64,000 nt of DNA from Selaginella moellendorffii (Eukaryota > Plantae > Lycopodiophyta). The notes beneath the pieces are model-generated. The model saw only the letters and a program-made list of their open reading frames with translations, ran no database searches and was not told the origin of the DNA. The translations under genes and the position numbers were made by a program. Location: contig NW_003314283.1 of NCBI RefSeq assembly GCF_000143415.4, positions 1,726,330 to 1,790,329 on the forward strand, in the 5' to 3' direction. This document shows positions 1 to 11,949 of the stretch, one piece after another (within the stretch, counting starts at the first letter, position 1; each line of letters opens with the position of its first letter).

Positions 1-2080
1 TCAAGGGGAAATTTTAAATTAGGGCACCTTGGTCTTGAGAAAGTGACTTGAAATTTGGCCTCCCACTGGATCGGGCACGACTGGAGGGCCGAGCGGAGTA
101 GGAGGGACGGCTCGCAGTGCCAGAACAGGCTGCGGCTTCGTCACAGGGCAGCACCGCCAAAGGAGGAGTAGGATTGTCTTCCACTGGATTATGTTGAAGT
201 GCACATTGCATGAGATGATCAACTTCTTGGTGACAGGATTGTAGACTTGTGTTCACAGCTGTAGCCTAGGAAAATGCCTTGTTCACTTGTTGGAGTGAGC
301 TTTTTCCTAGTTTTAGAGGGAATATGAACTTAAACCTCACATCCAAATACACTCCTGGTTTTCGTCCTATCCAGGCGTCTTTTTTGGAACAGCTTTCATG
401 GGAAGGCGGTTCTGGAGATAGCATGCTGTCATCACGACTTCAGCCCAGAATTTAATCGGGACTTGATTCGCTTGTAGCATGCTGTTGGCAGCATTGAGCA
501 AATTATGATTTTTCCGCTCTGCAACACCATTCTGCTGTGAGGAGTAGGGTGTTGTTTGTTCTCTCTGGATTCCATGTTTTTGTAGGAACTGGGAAAACTT
601 GTGAGAGGTGTATTTACCACCTCCATCCAATCGAAAACGTTTCAGCGTTTTGCCTGTTTGAGTTTCTGCAAGACATTTAAAAATCTTGAGTTTTTCTAGA
701 GCTTGTGATTTGGATTCCGGACAGAAAACAAAAGTTTTCCTGCTGAAATTATCAATAAAACTCATGAAGAATTGAGAACCGCCATAAGAAACATGGAGAA
801 GGGCCCCAAATGTCACTATGGACAAGTTCGACGACTTCAGAGCCTCAACTAGCTCCTCGCTTTGGAAATGGAAGCTTGTGTTGTTTCCCGAGTTAGCAAC
901 CATCACAAAAAGAGAGTTTTGCAGTGGTGTCAAACTGGGAATCGAGGCCTTCCACAAGTCTATCCTTTGTGAGTTGGGCAATGCATTGTGTGCTCACATG
1001 GCAAAAACACCAATGCCACAACTCGAGCTGGTTCAAGGTAAAGACCATGAACGTGAGGAACTGGTGAGGGCACTCAACCACTTCGGCAGCTCGTGTTGGC
1101 TCCATATAAATCTTCCCTCGCTCCAGAACTCTGTCAAGAACCATAAGGGCTGGCTACCAAGGCTTCCATGTTATGTACATCTTCTTTCTCAAGATTGGGT
1201 TTACATACATATGGCGGTGATTGATAGGATTCTTGCCAGTCTAACTCACATGAAATCTCTAGATATAAGGAGCAGTTCAAGCCATGCATACTCCTCCAGC
1301 TACTTGTACTCAATGGGAGGCGGTGTCCAAGTCCAAACCAGTTCCCTGGAGGTGGCTTAGGATTTTCAAGCAAGCGTACATTGTAGAGGGGCCTCAAGGG
1401 GACGGATGGGCTGCTTCGAAAGTGACAATAAGTTTACTCACGCCAGGACTTTGTGACCAAGCTGTGTTTGGTTTCTCATTCCTCAACAGAAAGCGCTCTT
1501 TTCCTTCATGGGCAGTGTTGCATTCATACCACAACAGAAGGAAGTTTACAATGCACTGCTTCCTGTGCTGATGCCAGATCCGGATGGATAGATGAGCTTC
1601 TGGTTCACATTTGAAATAGGGCAGTGCACACCAAAGAGCTTGCCACTTGCTGCATTGTACCAGTATTTTTGTGTCTATTGCAGCAGCTCCAATTAGGTTC
1701 CAGAAGCCAGCTCGCACCTTGGGAAACTTCATGCTGTGGAACTGCTCTCTAGAACACGATGGAAGGTGTGATCCAATTAACACCTGATTTGATCTAAGCT
1801 ACGGTTGATACTATTTGGCGATGGGTTCTACTCCTTCGAGGCCTATGTGGCTATCAAGGGGGTTTGTCTCTGGCAGTTGTGGTGATGGTGGCGATGAGGG
1901 GTGGCAGTTGGGTTTCTGCAATTGCTTGATAGACATCCCCTAGGGTGTTTATTGTGTGGCCCTGGGAAGGAACATGGAGATTCTTCATGGGGGCTAGACA
2001 TTATGTGTGGCTGCCTATCTACTTTTGTTCCTCCTCCAACAGCTGTATGTGCATACTTCTGCTTGTACATGTGCAAGTTA
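1..2080 (-). mobile_element. Degenerate Ty1/copia retrotransposon internal region (gag/protease remnants, GAG-pre-integrase, integrase core)
   Basis: ORF 367-981 has copia integrase motifs FIDNFSRKTFV, RLDGGGKY, TTPYSSQQNGVAERKNH and FWAEVVMTACYLQNRLP. ORF 893-1144 has a pre-integrase-like LWHWCFCHVS. There are multiple frameshifts and stops. Confidence 0.85.
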
Positions 2081-2099
2081 TGATCCGTGTTCCACCTCC

Positions 2100-2667
2100 C
2101 AGAGTCTCATCTCTCGGTTTCGGTTTCGGTTCCATCTCGAACTCCATTTTAGACTCCATCTTGGGTCTATTTTAGACTCCATATTAAACTCCATTTTCAG
2201 ACTCCATCTCGAACTTTATCTTGGGTCCATTTTAAATTTCATCTCGGATTCAATCTCGAATTCCATCTTGGATCCATCTTGGGTCCATTTCGGACTCCAT
2301 CTCAGGTCTATCTCAGACTCCATCTTGGACTTCACCTCGGACTCCAACTCGGGTCTATCTCGGACTCCACCTCAGACTCCAACTCGAGTCCATCTCAAAC
2401 TCCATTTCGGACTCCATCTTGGGTCCATCTCAAACTCCTTCCACATGTCATGTGTTGGTCCTTTTTATGTCTCTTTTTAGAGACTCATTTATTGCTCGTT
2501 TTGTGCTTATTCCTCGAGCACTTCGTTGGGAGTTCCACTCCCGCTCTCGACCTTTTGAGTTGGAACTTTTAGTCCATATATGTTACATTTGTTTGGCTTT
2601 TGCTTTGGCCACTACCACGTGGCACCCTTTCAGCTCCACTTTGGGGCTTAGGGATTTGTGTTTCATA
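2100..2667 (-). mobile_element. Partial LTR of the same family as the solo LTR at 47351-49041, with a degenerate 12-bp GGACTCCATCTC tandem array
   Basis: The reverse complement matches 47351-47900 (e.g. CACAAATCCCTAAGCCCCAAAGTGGAGC.GAAAGGGTGCCACGTGGT). Homology stops exactly at that LTR's terminus. Confidence 0.8.
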
Positions 2668-2739
2668 ACTGTGTGGCACTATGTTGCCAAGATCATACTT
2701 GCATTGCAATTGGTAAAGCATATTAAAATATCACATAAG

Positions 2740-3888
2740 TGTAAGCCACAAATTTTTCCTTTCCCATTTGCCAGCTTACCTCGTCTATCCGTCCAACACT
2801 GCCTTGGCTTTTGCTAAGTTCCCTTGCCAAGGTTCTCGCCTATGGTACCAGCTCCTACTTGGTTTCAGCTACTCACTGCACGAGCAATGGAGTGTTAGCC
2901 ATCCTTCCACGGATTCCCAAATCACTCTCAATCCCCCTCCCCGGGTTAGACTGGACTTAAGGTTCGGCTACACTCCCCGCAAGCACAAGCAGCCAAGCAC
3001 ACCAAGCTTCCAGGTTCCTAACATCCCTTGGTACCACAAGACTTGATCATGGGACCCTCTAAATCCCAAGTCTTGAGTGCAACACTTGCTTCGGGACGCC
3101 GGGGCGAAACACCGTGGCCTAACGGCCCGGTATGGGTACCTCTCGCCCCCCATTTCCATCCCGAAGGAAGGCCCAAGCCCCTTGGCAGGGCGAGGACCAA
3201 TGAGCCGCATGGTACTCAAGTGGGGCACCACTCCACATGAGCCGGGAGCACCGCAATCGGTTTCCCTTTCGGGAGTGGGAGCTGCTCTTGAGCACTTCCT
3301 TGGATGGCCCCTCTGGCACCAGCCAAGTCCATGCTCACTCCCACCCAAGGCCCCTTAGTCCCAGTCCCAACCTCAAGTCGGTTTGGAAGCCCAACTGGAG
3401 AGTCCCTTCAAAACTGGTTCCTGGACCTCACTATCCCTACTATACTTTTGGAACCCCCTGCAGCCCCCCCCCCCTGGGGGACGCACGCTTTGGGCTTTCA
3501 CCCCTTGACCCGTATTAGTATTTGGACTTAGTCTCTGGCTCGATCTCGGATCCGATTTCGGATCCGACTTCGGATTCGGCCTCGGACTCGATCGCGGACT
3601 CGATCTCGGACCTGATCTCGGGCCCGACCTCGGACTCGACTTCGGACTCGGTCTCGGACCCGATTTCGGATCTCGGACTCCGTCTCGAACTCGGTCTCGA
3701 ACTCGGACTCGAACTCGGTCCCCGAGTCGGTCTTGGACTCGATTCCGGACTCTATCTCGAACTCGGTCCTAGAGTCGGTCTTTGGACTCGATCTTTGACT
3801 TGGTCCCATCCGATGAACTCTTTGTCATTTTGGTCATGTTTTCGGGGTTCCCTTAGCCTACGACACCTCGGCGAGTTGGTTCCTTACA
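2740..3888 (-). repeat. 3' LTR of the gypsy element
   Basis: Direct repeat of 9072-10220 at offset 6332. TG...CA termini. Internal CG-rich CTCGGA-type hexamer array. Confidence 0.96.
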
Positions 3889-3900
3889 ACTCCACCACCC
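3889..3900 (-). promoter_or_regulatory. Polypurine tract
   Basis: GGGTGGTGGAGT on the minus strand immediately before the 3' LTR. Confidence 0.7.
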
Positions 3901-4291
3901 ATAGAAGAAGTTCGATGCCCACATCGAACGTCTCTTTTTTATCCTACGACTTGTTGACCATGTCTCCGGGGGCATCCCCCCACTTAGCGGTGTGCCTAAG
4001 TTAGCCTCCCCGGCCAAGAGCTCATGACAACGGAATATAGGTGTCCCTATACTCCTCCCCTCACCACGCCTTAGTATGGGGTCGGGACTTGAACCCAGCC
4101 TTGCTTTACTAGGGGGTTGGGACTCGAACCCAACCTCCGTAGAATACGTCTACGGTTTCGCCATCCCCGCAGGGAGTTGGGCGTAGCTCCCTACGCCTGG
4201 TCGACCTAGCTAACCCATGCTAATTAGCTTACCTTCGGCGCGCCTTCGGGTCCCAACATATGCCATTGCTCAACTTCTCAAATTGATACTT

Positions 4292-7200
4292 TTAATTGAA
4301 CTTTGCATAAGTACATAGAGTTCTGCCATGCAGAAATTCCTCCACTAGATCTCGCGCGTTTGCTAGGTTCTCCTCCGGTTCCCATGTTGCTTCGCAGTGT
4401 GGAAATCCTTTCCACTTCACATGGAACTCTCTCACCTCGCGTCCTTGTCGCTTGCTCTTGCGCGCATTGAGGATGGCCTCGACTTCGTATTCCTCCTCCC
4501 CTTGGATAACCTCAGGTAAAGGTCTTACTTGGTCCTTGCGAAGCGGATCCTCAAAATACGGCTTGAGTAAGTTCACGTGGAACACGGGATGCATCTTCCC
4601 CATCTCTCGAGGAAGTCGGAGACGGTAAGCCACTTTACCGATTCGAGCCTCAATCTCGTAAGGCCCCGCGAACCTTTGGGTCAACTTCCGGCTGATCCCA
4701 CTTGGTAGCCTGAGGTTCTTGGTGTTCAGCCACACCTTCTCCCCAGCTTGGAACTCCACATCTCGACGCTTTTGGTTCGCGTACTTAGTTTGCCTTTGTT
4801 GAGCCCGTTCCAAGGAATCCCTCACTAGATTCCAAATGTTGAGTCTTTCCACCGTGAATGCCTCCACTGCGGGTAACTCTCCATGATACTCGGCCACGCC
4901 GAGTTCCACAGGACCTTCAATAGCTCGCCCATTGATGACTTCCCATGGACTCACCCCGATGCTCGAATGTGGTGAGTTGTTATAACACATTTCCGCAAGT
5001 CCCAAATGACTTACCCAGTCCGTCTGGTCTCCCGAGACATAGCATCGCAAATAATCCTCCAGCTGCCTATTCACCCTTTCCGTTTGTCCGTCTGTCAAGA
5101 AGTGTTAGTGCCATCAATCTTGACTCAATACCCATTACCTGTCTGTGGGTGATAGGCCGTGCTGAATCTCAACTTGGTGCGATACTGTTCTAGGAGTGTC
5201 CTCCAGAACCTACTGGTGAAGATCTTATCTCGATCTGAGATAATCTCTTCCGGCCTTCCCCGCACTCGAACCACTTGTTCGAAGAACAGCTTCGCCACAC
5301 CTTCCGCATCCACATCCGTTGTGGTGGGTATGAAATGTGCCATCTTTGAAAATCGGTCCACCACCACGAATATCGCATCGAACCCCTCGCTTGGGGGTAG
5401 TCCCGTGATGAAGTCCATCGTGAGACATTTCCACGGGCGATCTGGAATGGGGATGCTTTGCAACAAGCCCCCACTAGCCTTCGTCACGGCTTTGACCTGC
5501 TGACATGTTGGACATGTCTTTACATAGTCTTGGACGTCCTTAGCCATATCTGGCCAGTGATACTTCCTTTTGAGTAAGCCCATCGTCTTGGGCACTCCGC
5601 CGTGTCCCGCGAGAGGTCCGTCATGACACTCTTCCAAGGCTACCTTCCTTAGTTCCCCTTCTGGAACATACACCCTCGTTTGCTTGTAATATATGAGTCC
5701 GTTGCGTTCCGCATAGCCCGTTTTCTCTTCCGTTGGCAGCTCACCTCTCTGGTGAGCTTCCCGCGCCTCCAGATTCCTCAGCAACACTTCTTGTGCTAGA
5801 CCATCACTCTCGTATGCGGTCCGCACATCGTCCCAAAAGGTTGCTGTCGCGCTAGATATCGCCAACTTCAAGCTCGCTTTTCGACTGAGCGCATCTGCCA
5901 CGATGTTGCTCTTCCCAGGCTTGTACAGGATCTCGCAATCAAACTCGGCCAAAGCATTGGCCCACCGACCTTGTTTTCCCCTTAGGTCGGGCTGTGACAA
6001 GAAGTGTTTCGTTGCCACATTGTCCGTGTAAACCTTGAAGTGTCTCCCAAGGTAGTGTCGCCACTCCTTGAGCGCCTTGACCACCGCAAACAATTCCTTC
6101 TCGTGGGCAGGCCACTTCCGTTGAGCCTTGTCCAGCTTCTTCGAGAAGAACGCTACTGGATGGTTGTCTTGCTTCAAAACTGCGCCCAACGCAAAGTCCG
6201 AAGCATCCGTGTCTATCTCAAAGTCCTTACCAAAGTCTGGTAATGCCAACACCGGAGCCTTACTCAACTTCCCTTTGAGGTGGACGAATGCCGCCTCGCA
6301 TTCCGCTGTCCATACCATCTTCCCTTTTCCTGTTTGGTCCGTTAAGGGCAGGGCTACTCTCGAATAGTGTCTGATAAACTTTCGATAGTAGTTGCATAGC
6401 CCCAGGAACGCCCTCAACTCATGTACATTCGATGGTCGTTCCCATTCCTGGATCGCTTGGACCTTCTCCGGGTCCACCTTGAGCCCGTCCTGACCCACCA
6501 CATGCCCGAGAAACTTTACCTCTTGTTGAGCAAAGTCACATTTGCTCTCTTTAGCATACAGTTTGTGTTCCCTTAGTTTCTCAAACACCTTCGCCAAGTG
6601 TTCGGCATGCTCCTCTACCGTCTCGCTATAGATCAGGATGTCGTCAATATAGACGACCACGAAGCGATCCAGATAGGGTACAAAGATGTGGTTCATCAAC
6701 GCCGAAAACGTTGCCGGCGCATTGCACAGCCCAAAGGGCATCACCAAAAACTCAAAGCTCCCATACCTCGTTCGACAGGTTGTCTTCTCGACATCTTCCT
6801 CAGCTACCCTGATCTGGTAGTATCCTGACCTTAGGTCAATCCTCGAGAAGTACTTTGCCTTTCCCAACCTATCGAACAGGTCCTCGATCCTTGGCAAAGG
6901 GTACTTGTTCTTCTTGGTATACTTGTTGAGCAACCGGTAGTCTATGCACATGCGCATAGATCCATCTTTCTTTTTCACAAATAGCACCGGCGCCCCATAC
7001 GGCGACTTGCTCAACCTAACATACCCTTTGTCCACCAACTCCTCTAGTTGGCTCTTGAGCTCCTTGAGTTCTTTTTCGTTCAATCGATAGGGTGGACGAA
7101 CCACCGCCTCAGCACCCTCGACCAGCTCAATCTTATGTTCTATCGGTCGTGCGGGGGGCAACCCCGCCGGTAGCTCCTCTGGCATGGTATCCTGGAATTG

Positions 7201-9012
7201 GTCCAGCACCTGCTGGATCACTAAAGGTACTTCTTCCGTTCTTGTCTTTTTGTCACTCTTCACCGAGAGTAAGCACAGAAAGGCTGCCTTAATTCCTTTA
7301 GTGAGTTGTCCTCTCGTGGACACCAGGTTTAAGCATGACTCTTTGGCCTTGCTTTGCCCTACCTTTAGATCCTGGGCCTCCACCCTAGATCTTCTTCCTT
7401 GGGCATTCGCCAATACCACAAGATTCCTACCTTGTCCATGCAGGGCTACCACGAACCGATTAAACCAATCCATTCCGAAGATCACGTCAAATCCCGCCAT
7501 GTCCAAGACGGTGAAATCCATGTCCACTTTCCATGTCCCCACTTCGACTCTCGCTTGTCGAAGTATCTCATCGGTGCTTTGGCTACCCTGAACAAACTCT
7601 ATAGTTCTTGGTTCGCCTAGCCGCTGCACCGTTAGTCCGGCTTGCCGGACTATGTCTGCAGCCACAAAATTATCCGAAGCACCCGTGTCAATAAGGATCT
7701 TAACAAAGCTACCTCCGAGCTTCCCTCGGAGGGCTAGTAGATGTCGCGAACGACTCTCTACCAAAGTTGCTCGTGTAATGAGTAACTTTGAGTTAGGGAC
7801 TGGATCACATACCTCAGTTTGGACTTCACCCGACTTGATGGCCATATTGGCTCTGGCCTTCTTCGGGTAGGGACATTCCCTCGAGAAGTGTCCCGCTTCG
7901 CCGCAGTTGTAGCATACGTTGTTGCCCACGCTGCTATACGACTTGACCTTCTTATCCGTGGGTTTATCTTTTTTCGCTTGACTTCCCCACGTACTCGCTC
8001 GCTGGCCACCGGCTTTACCTTTCCGGAACCCCGAGGACTCATTCTTAGAGAAACTCTTCTTGAATTTCCCCTTGCTATATGTTCCCCTCGGTTTGGCCCC
8101 TTTGTGAAACGTGGATCCCGACCCCGTCGTGTTCCCCTTTCGCAGGTTATCGTTGAAATGCACCTTGATGGCCGCATCCAACGCTTCCTTGTAGTTGGTC
8201 GGGTTCCAGCGCATCACCTCACCGCGAGCCCAGGTTTGCAAACCTGATATGAAGGCATGGAACGCATCCATATCCCCCATGTCCGTGACAAGTATCCTCT
8301 TTGCCATGAACCCATTCACATATTCCTGGATGGTTCCAGTCTGCTTCAGCCTACTCAGCTCATCTCTCAGATGCAGAGTGGCATTCGGAGGAACGTATGT
8401 TGCGCGGATCCTCGCCTTCATCATGTCCCAAGTGGCCACTGGTCCTTCGTTGGCCTCCGTCGTTCTCCACCAAGACTTGGCATTATCTGCCAAGTATGGT
8501 TTTGCACATGGGACCTTCTCCGAGCTCGGTAACCGCAACGCTCGGAAGTAGTCCTCCATATCGTAAAACCAATCCTCCACCACCTTATAGTCGTTCACTC
8601 CCTTGAAGACCGGTGGGGGCTTTGGTTTGTACTTGGGAACTGCCTGAGGGACTGATTCTACTTCGGTCTGTTCGACCTTGTCTGGTTTTGCCTCAGTCCC
8701 GGCCGAAAGATCCGCACCTTCTGCGCTGCCAGCATCCGCAGTCTTTTTCTTTTTCTTCCGCCTCTCATCACGCTTTAGCTTGCGTACGAGAGTTTCCAGC
8801 AGGGCATTGGTCTGTGCCAACTGTCCTTCTAGCACGTCCAATCGAGCCTTGGACGACCGAACCTCGCCACCGGACTCCTGTTTGGAAGTTTCCTCACTAG
8901 AGTCCTCCTCATGCAAGGATTCCTCATCCATAGCCTCTTGTTCGACCGGAGGCTCCAGCTCCGGCGGAGGTTCCGTCTCCGCCTGGGTTCGCTTACGCCC
9001 TGCCCTTGCCAT
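4292..9012 (-). CDS. Gag-Pol polyprotein (exons 9012-5139 and 5091-4292 if the 47-bp intron 5138-5092 is spliced; 1557 aa)
   Basis: Zinc knuckle [14 protein letters not shown], protease [18 protein letters not shown], RNase [16 protein letters not shown] and core, GPY motif, chromodomain YEVEAIL...[15 protein letters not shown]. Splicing restores the canonical [15 protein letters not shown]. Confidence 0.93.
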
Positions 9013-9055
9013 CTCCCAGCAATCCGCCTCTATCCTTCGCTAGAACTGAGATAAA

Positions 9056-9068
9056 GGCTCCGATACCA
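9056..9068 (-). promoter_or_regulatory. Primer-binding site (tRNA-iMet type)
   Basis: TGGTATCGGAGCC 3 nt inside the 5' LTR; one mismatch to the usual TGGTATCAGAGC. Confidence 0.88.
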
Positions 9069-9071
9069 AAT

Positions 9072-10220
9072 TGTAAGCCACAAATTTTTCCTTTCCCATT
9101 TGCCAGCTTACCTCGTCTATCCGTCCAACACTGCCTTGGCTTTTGCTAAGTTCCCTTGCCAAGGTTCTCGCCTATGGTACCAGCTCCTACTTGGTTTCAG
9201 CTACTCACTGCACGAGCAACGGAGTGTTAGCCATCCTTCCACGGATTCCCAAATCACTCTCAATCCCCCTCCCCGGGTTAGACTGGACTTAAGGTTCGGC
9301 TACACTCCCCGCAAGCACAAGCAGCCAAGCACACCAAGCTTCCAGGTTCCTAACATCCCTTGGTACCACAAGACTTGATCATGGGACCCTCTAAATCCCA
9401 AGTCTTGAGTGCAACACTTGCTTCGGGACGCCGGGGCGAAACACCGTGGCCTAACGGCCCGGTATGGGTACCTCTCGCCCCCCATTTCCATCCCGAAGGA
9501 AGGCCCAAGCCCCTTGGCAGGGCGAGGACCAATGAGCCGCATGGTACTCAAGTGGGGCACCACTCCACATGAGCCGGGAGCACCGCAATCGGTTTCCCTT
9601 TCGGGAGTGGGAGCTGCTCTTGAGCACTTCCTTGGATGGCCCCTCTGGCACCAGCCAAGTCCATGCTCACTCCCACCCAAGGCCCCTTAGTCCCAGTCCC
9701 AACCTCAAGTCGGTTTGGAAGCCCAACTGGAGAGTCCCTTCAAAACTGGTTCCTGGACCTCACTATCCCTACTATACTTTTGGAACCCCCTGCAGCCCCC
9801 CCCCCCTGAGGGACGCACGCTTTGGGCTTTCACCCCTTGACCCGTATTAGTATTTGGACTTAGTCTCTGGCTCGATCTCGGATCCGATTTCGGATCCGAC
9901 TTCAGATTCGGTCTCGGACTCGATCGCGGACTCGATCTCGGACCCGATCTCGGGCCCGACCTCGGACTCGACTTCGGACTCGGTCTCGGACCCGATTTCG
10001 GATCTCGGACTCCGTCTCGAACTCGGTCTCGAACTCGGACTCGAACTCGGTCCCCGAGTCGGTCTTGGACTCGATTCCGGACTCTATCTCGAACTCGGTC
10101 CTAGAGTCGGTCTTTGGACTCGATCTTTGACTTGGTCCCATCCGATGAACTCTTTGTCATTTTGGTCATGTTTTCGGGGTTCCCTTAGCCTACGACACCT
10201 CGGCGAGTTGGTTCCTTACA
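9072..10220 (-). repeat. 5' LTR of the gypsy element
   Basis: Direct repeat of 2740-3888; adjacent to the PBS. Confidence 0.96.
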
Positions 10221-10369
10221 ATAAGTGTTTTAGATGAATTATATTGTGGAGTCCTTGAAGTTGTCATTATGACACCTCCCTCTTTTTCCTTCCACTAATT
10301 GTTGCCTCTAAATCCTCACTCTATTTTAGTTGTTTCTTCTTCCAATTGTTAGTTTTATGTAAGCAACCA

Positions 10370-11140
10370 AAGAGAACGACTCGAGAGACGATCCATGGGG
10401 TTCAAATATAGAGGGAAAGGGCCCATGAACAAGAGTGCACCCCCTTTTCCAAACGGTTAAGGGTCTTGGGATAGTTGGAGTTAAAGTGTCATTGGGTTTG
10501 AATAGTATTGGGTTGGGTGACCTCCCGGGAAGTCTAAACTCAGGAGCTTACATTTTATTTAGTCCATGTTTGCTATTATGTAGTGCATGTGATTATGGAA
10601 TGAAATTTGGATATACTGTTATTGTGAATCCTTGGAACTTTAGGGGATAAATAGGGATAAATGAGGTTCCAAAAGTATAGTAGAGATAGTGAAGTTTAGA
10701 AATCAGTTTTAAAGGAACTTTTTAGTAATACTTCCAAATTAACTTAAGGTTAAGACTAGGGTTTAGCATGTAGTTTTCACTCTTAATTCTATAGTGATTT
10801 ATTATAGAATAACCATGAAGTGAAACTTAAACCCTTTATATGCCATGTGCCACATGCCATATGTCTAAAGATAGAGGAGTAAAACCCGAGTTTAAAAGCT
10901 TTGGCCCACAGAATAAAGGGACAAAGCCAAACTCTTAAGCATGGAGCTAAGGAATTGAATGGGATCCTAAATATGCCACTATAAAGATCCATCAAGGATA
11001 ATATATAAAGCTCTCTTACAATGTTTTGGCATGGCATGCTGACACTATGTGAGGATAGCCATGGTCATTGGTGCTTTGCCCTTAGGGAGTGTGGAGGACT
11101 TATTGAAGTTTCATTAGTTGCTTAGTGTATTGTGACAAGG
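10370..11140 (+). mobile_element. Old, AT-shifted TE/LTR relic related to the gypsy LTR and to 49120-49375
   Basis: 10665-10760 aligns to the reverse complement of LTR 3360-3455. 10790-10980 aligns to 49130-49320. Boundaries are approximate. Confidence 0.7.
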
Positions 11141-11169
11141 CTAGATATTTTTAATGTGAAAATTGTGTT

Positions 11170-11630
11170 GGACCAATTCAACACAAAATTGTGCATTAGC
11201 CATTAAAAGGCCATGAAGCACACAACCTCAAAGGGACAATGAATCATAGTTTATGCTATTTGACAATTGATATAGAATTTACATGTTATACAAATGTAAG
11301 TTGAGCAATAAATAAAGGTTATTGATCCATGAACTTACAACTTTGTGAAGTGCAATCAGTTGAACAAACAAAAGGCAAAGTGTCCTTGTCAACCAAAGTT
11401 GAGTACATTGCCTTGATGACAGGCTCCAAGGAGATATGGCTTAAGCACTTGGTGAAGGACCTTGGGCATCTCCAACAAGGCCCAATTATCTCTGACAACC
11501 AAAGTAGTACAACAATGATACAGAATCTAGTCTTCTATAGTCACAACAAGTATATCCTTATGAAGTTCTATTATGTGTAAGAACAGGTTGAGGCAGGAGC
11601 AATGCACATTAATTATGGGGGAGATGTTAG
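11170..11630 (+). pseudogene. Ty1/copia RT/RNase H remnant with PPT and start of a 3' LTR
   Basis: VSLSTKVEYIAL...EIWLKHLVKDLG...SDNQSS...NLVFYSHNKYILMKFYYV resembles copia RNase H. GGGGGAGA (11617-11624) is followed by TGTTAG. Confidence 0.8.
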
Positions 11631-11949
11631 CAAACATCCTCTAGGACCTAGTGTTAAAGTAAGCCAAATGACATATATACCCATACAATTCTTTCTTATC
11701 TAATAGAGTATCACTTGATTCACTCTCCTTCTGCAACATTTCTGTTTGGATTTACCTTGCTTTAAATATCTGGGTTGATGAAGTTTTCCAAATATGATTA
11801 TTGTTATCTAACTACTTCTCTTCCACTCAAATCCAAATTTATGGACCTCCGCTAAATCCAATTTATCTGTGTCGAGATCACAGATAAATGCATGAATACC
11901 TCAGAATCCACCAGAAACTGCCAGATTATAAGCTTCACTTTGGAGACAC

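Larger units (their letters stand above)
2740..10220 (-). mobile_element. Full-length chromodomain-containing Ty3/gypsy LTR retrotransposon (chromovirus), recent insertion
   Basis: Two 1149-bp LTRs (2740-3888, 9072-10220) with TGTAAG...CTTACA ends. 5-bp TSD ATAAG at 2735-2739 and 10221-10225. About 5 transition differences between the LTRs by eye. Gag-PR-RT-RNaseH-IN-chromodomain on the minus strand. Confidence 0.97.

Noticed and set aside
4078-4135. tRNA-like GGGACTTGAACCC / GGGACTCGAACCC motifs in the gypsy 3' UTR
   Set aside because: They resemble B-box/T-loop sequence, but I could not fold a full cloverleaf, so no tRNA is called.
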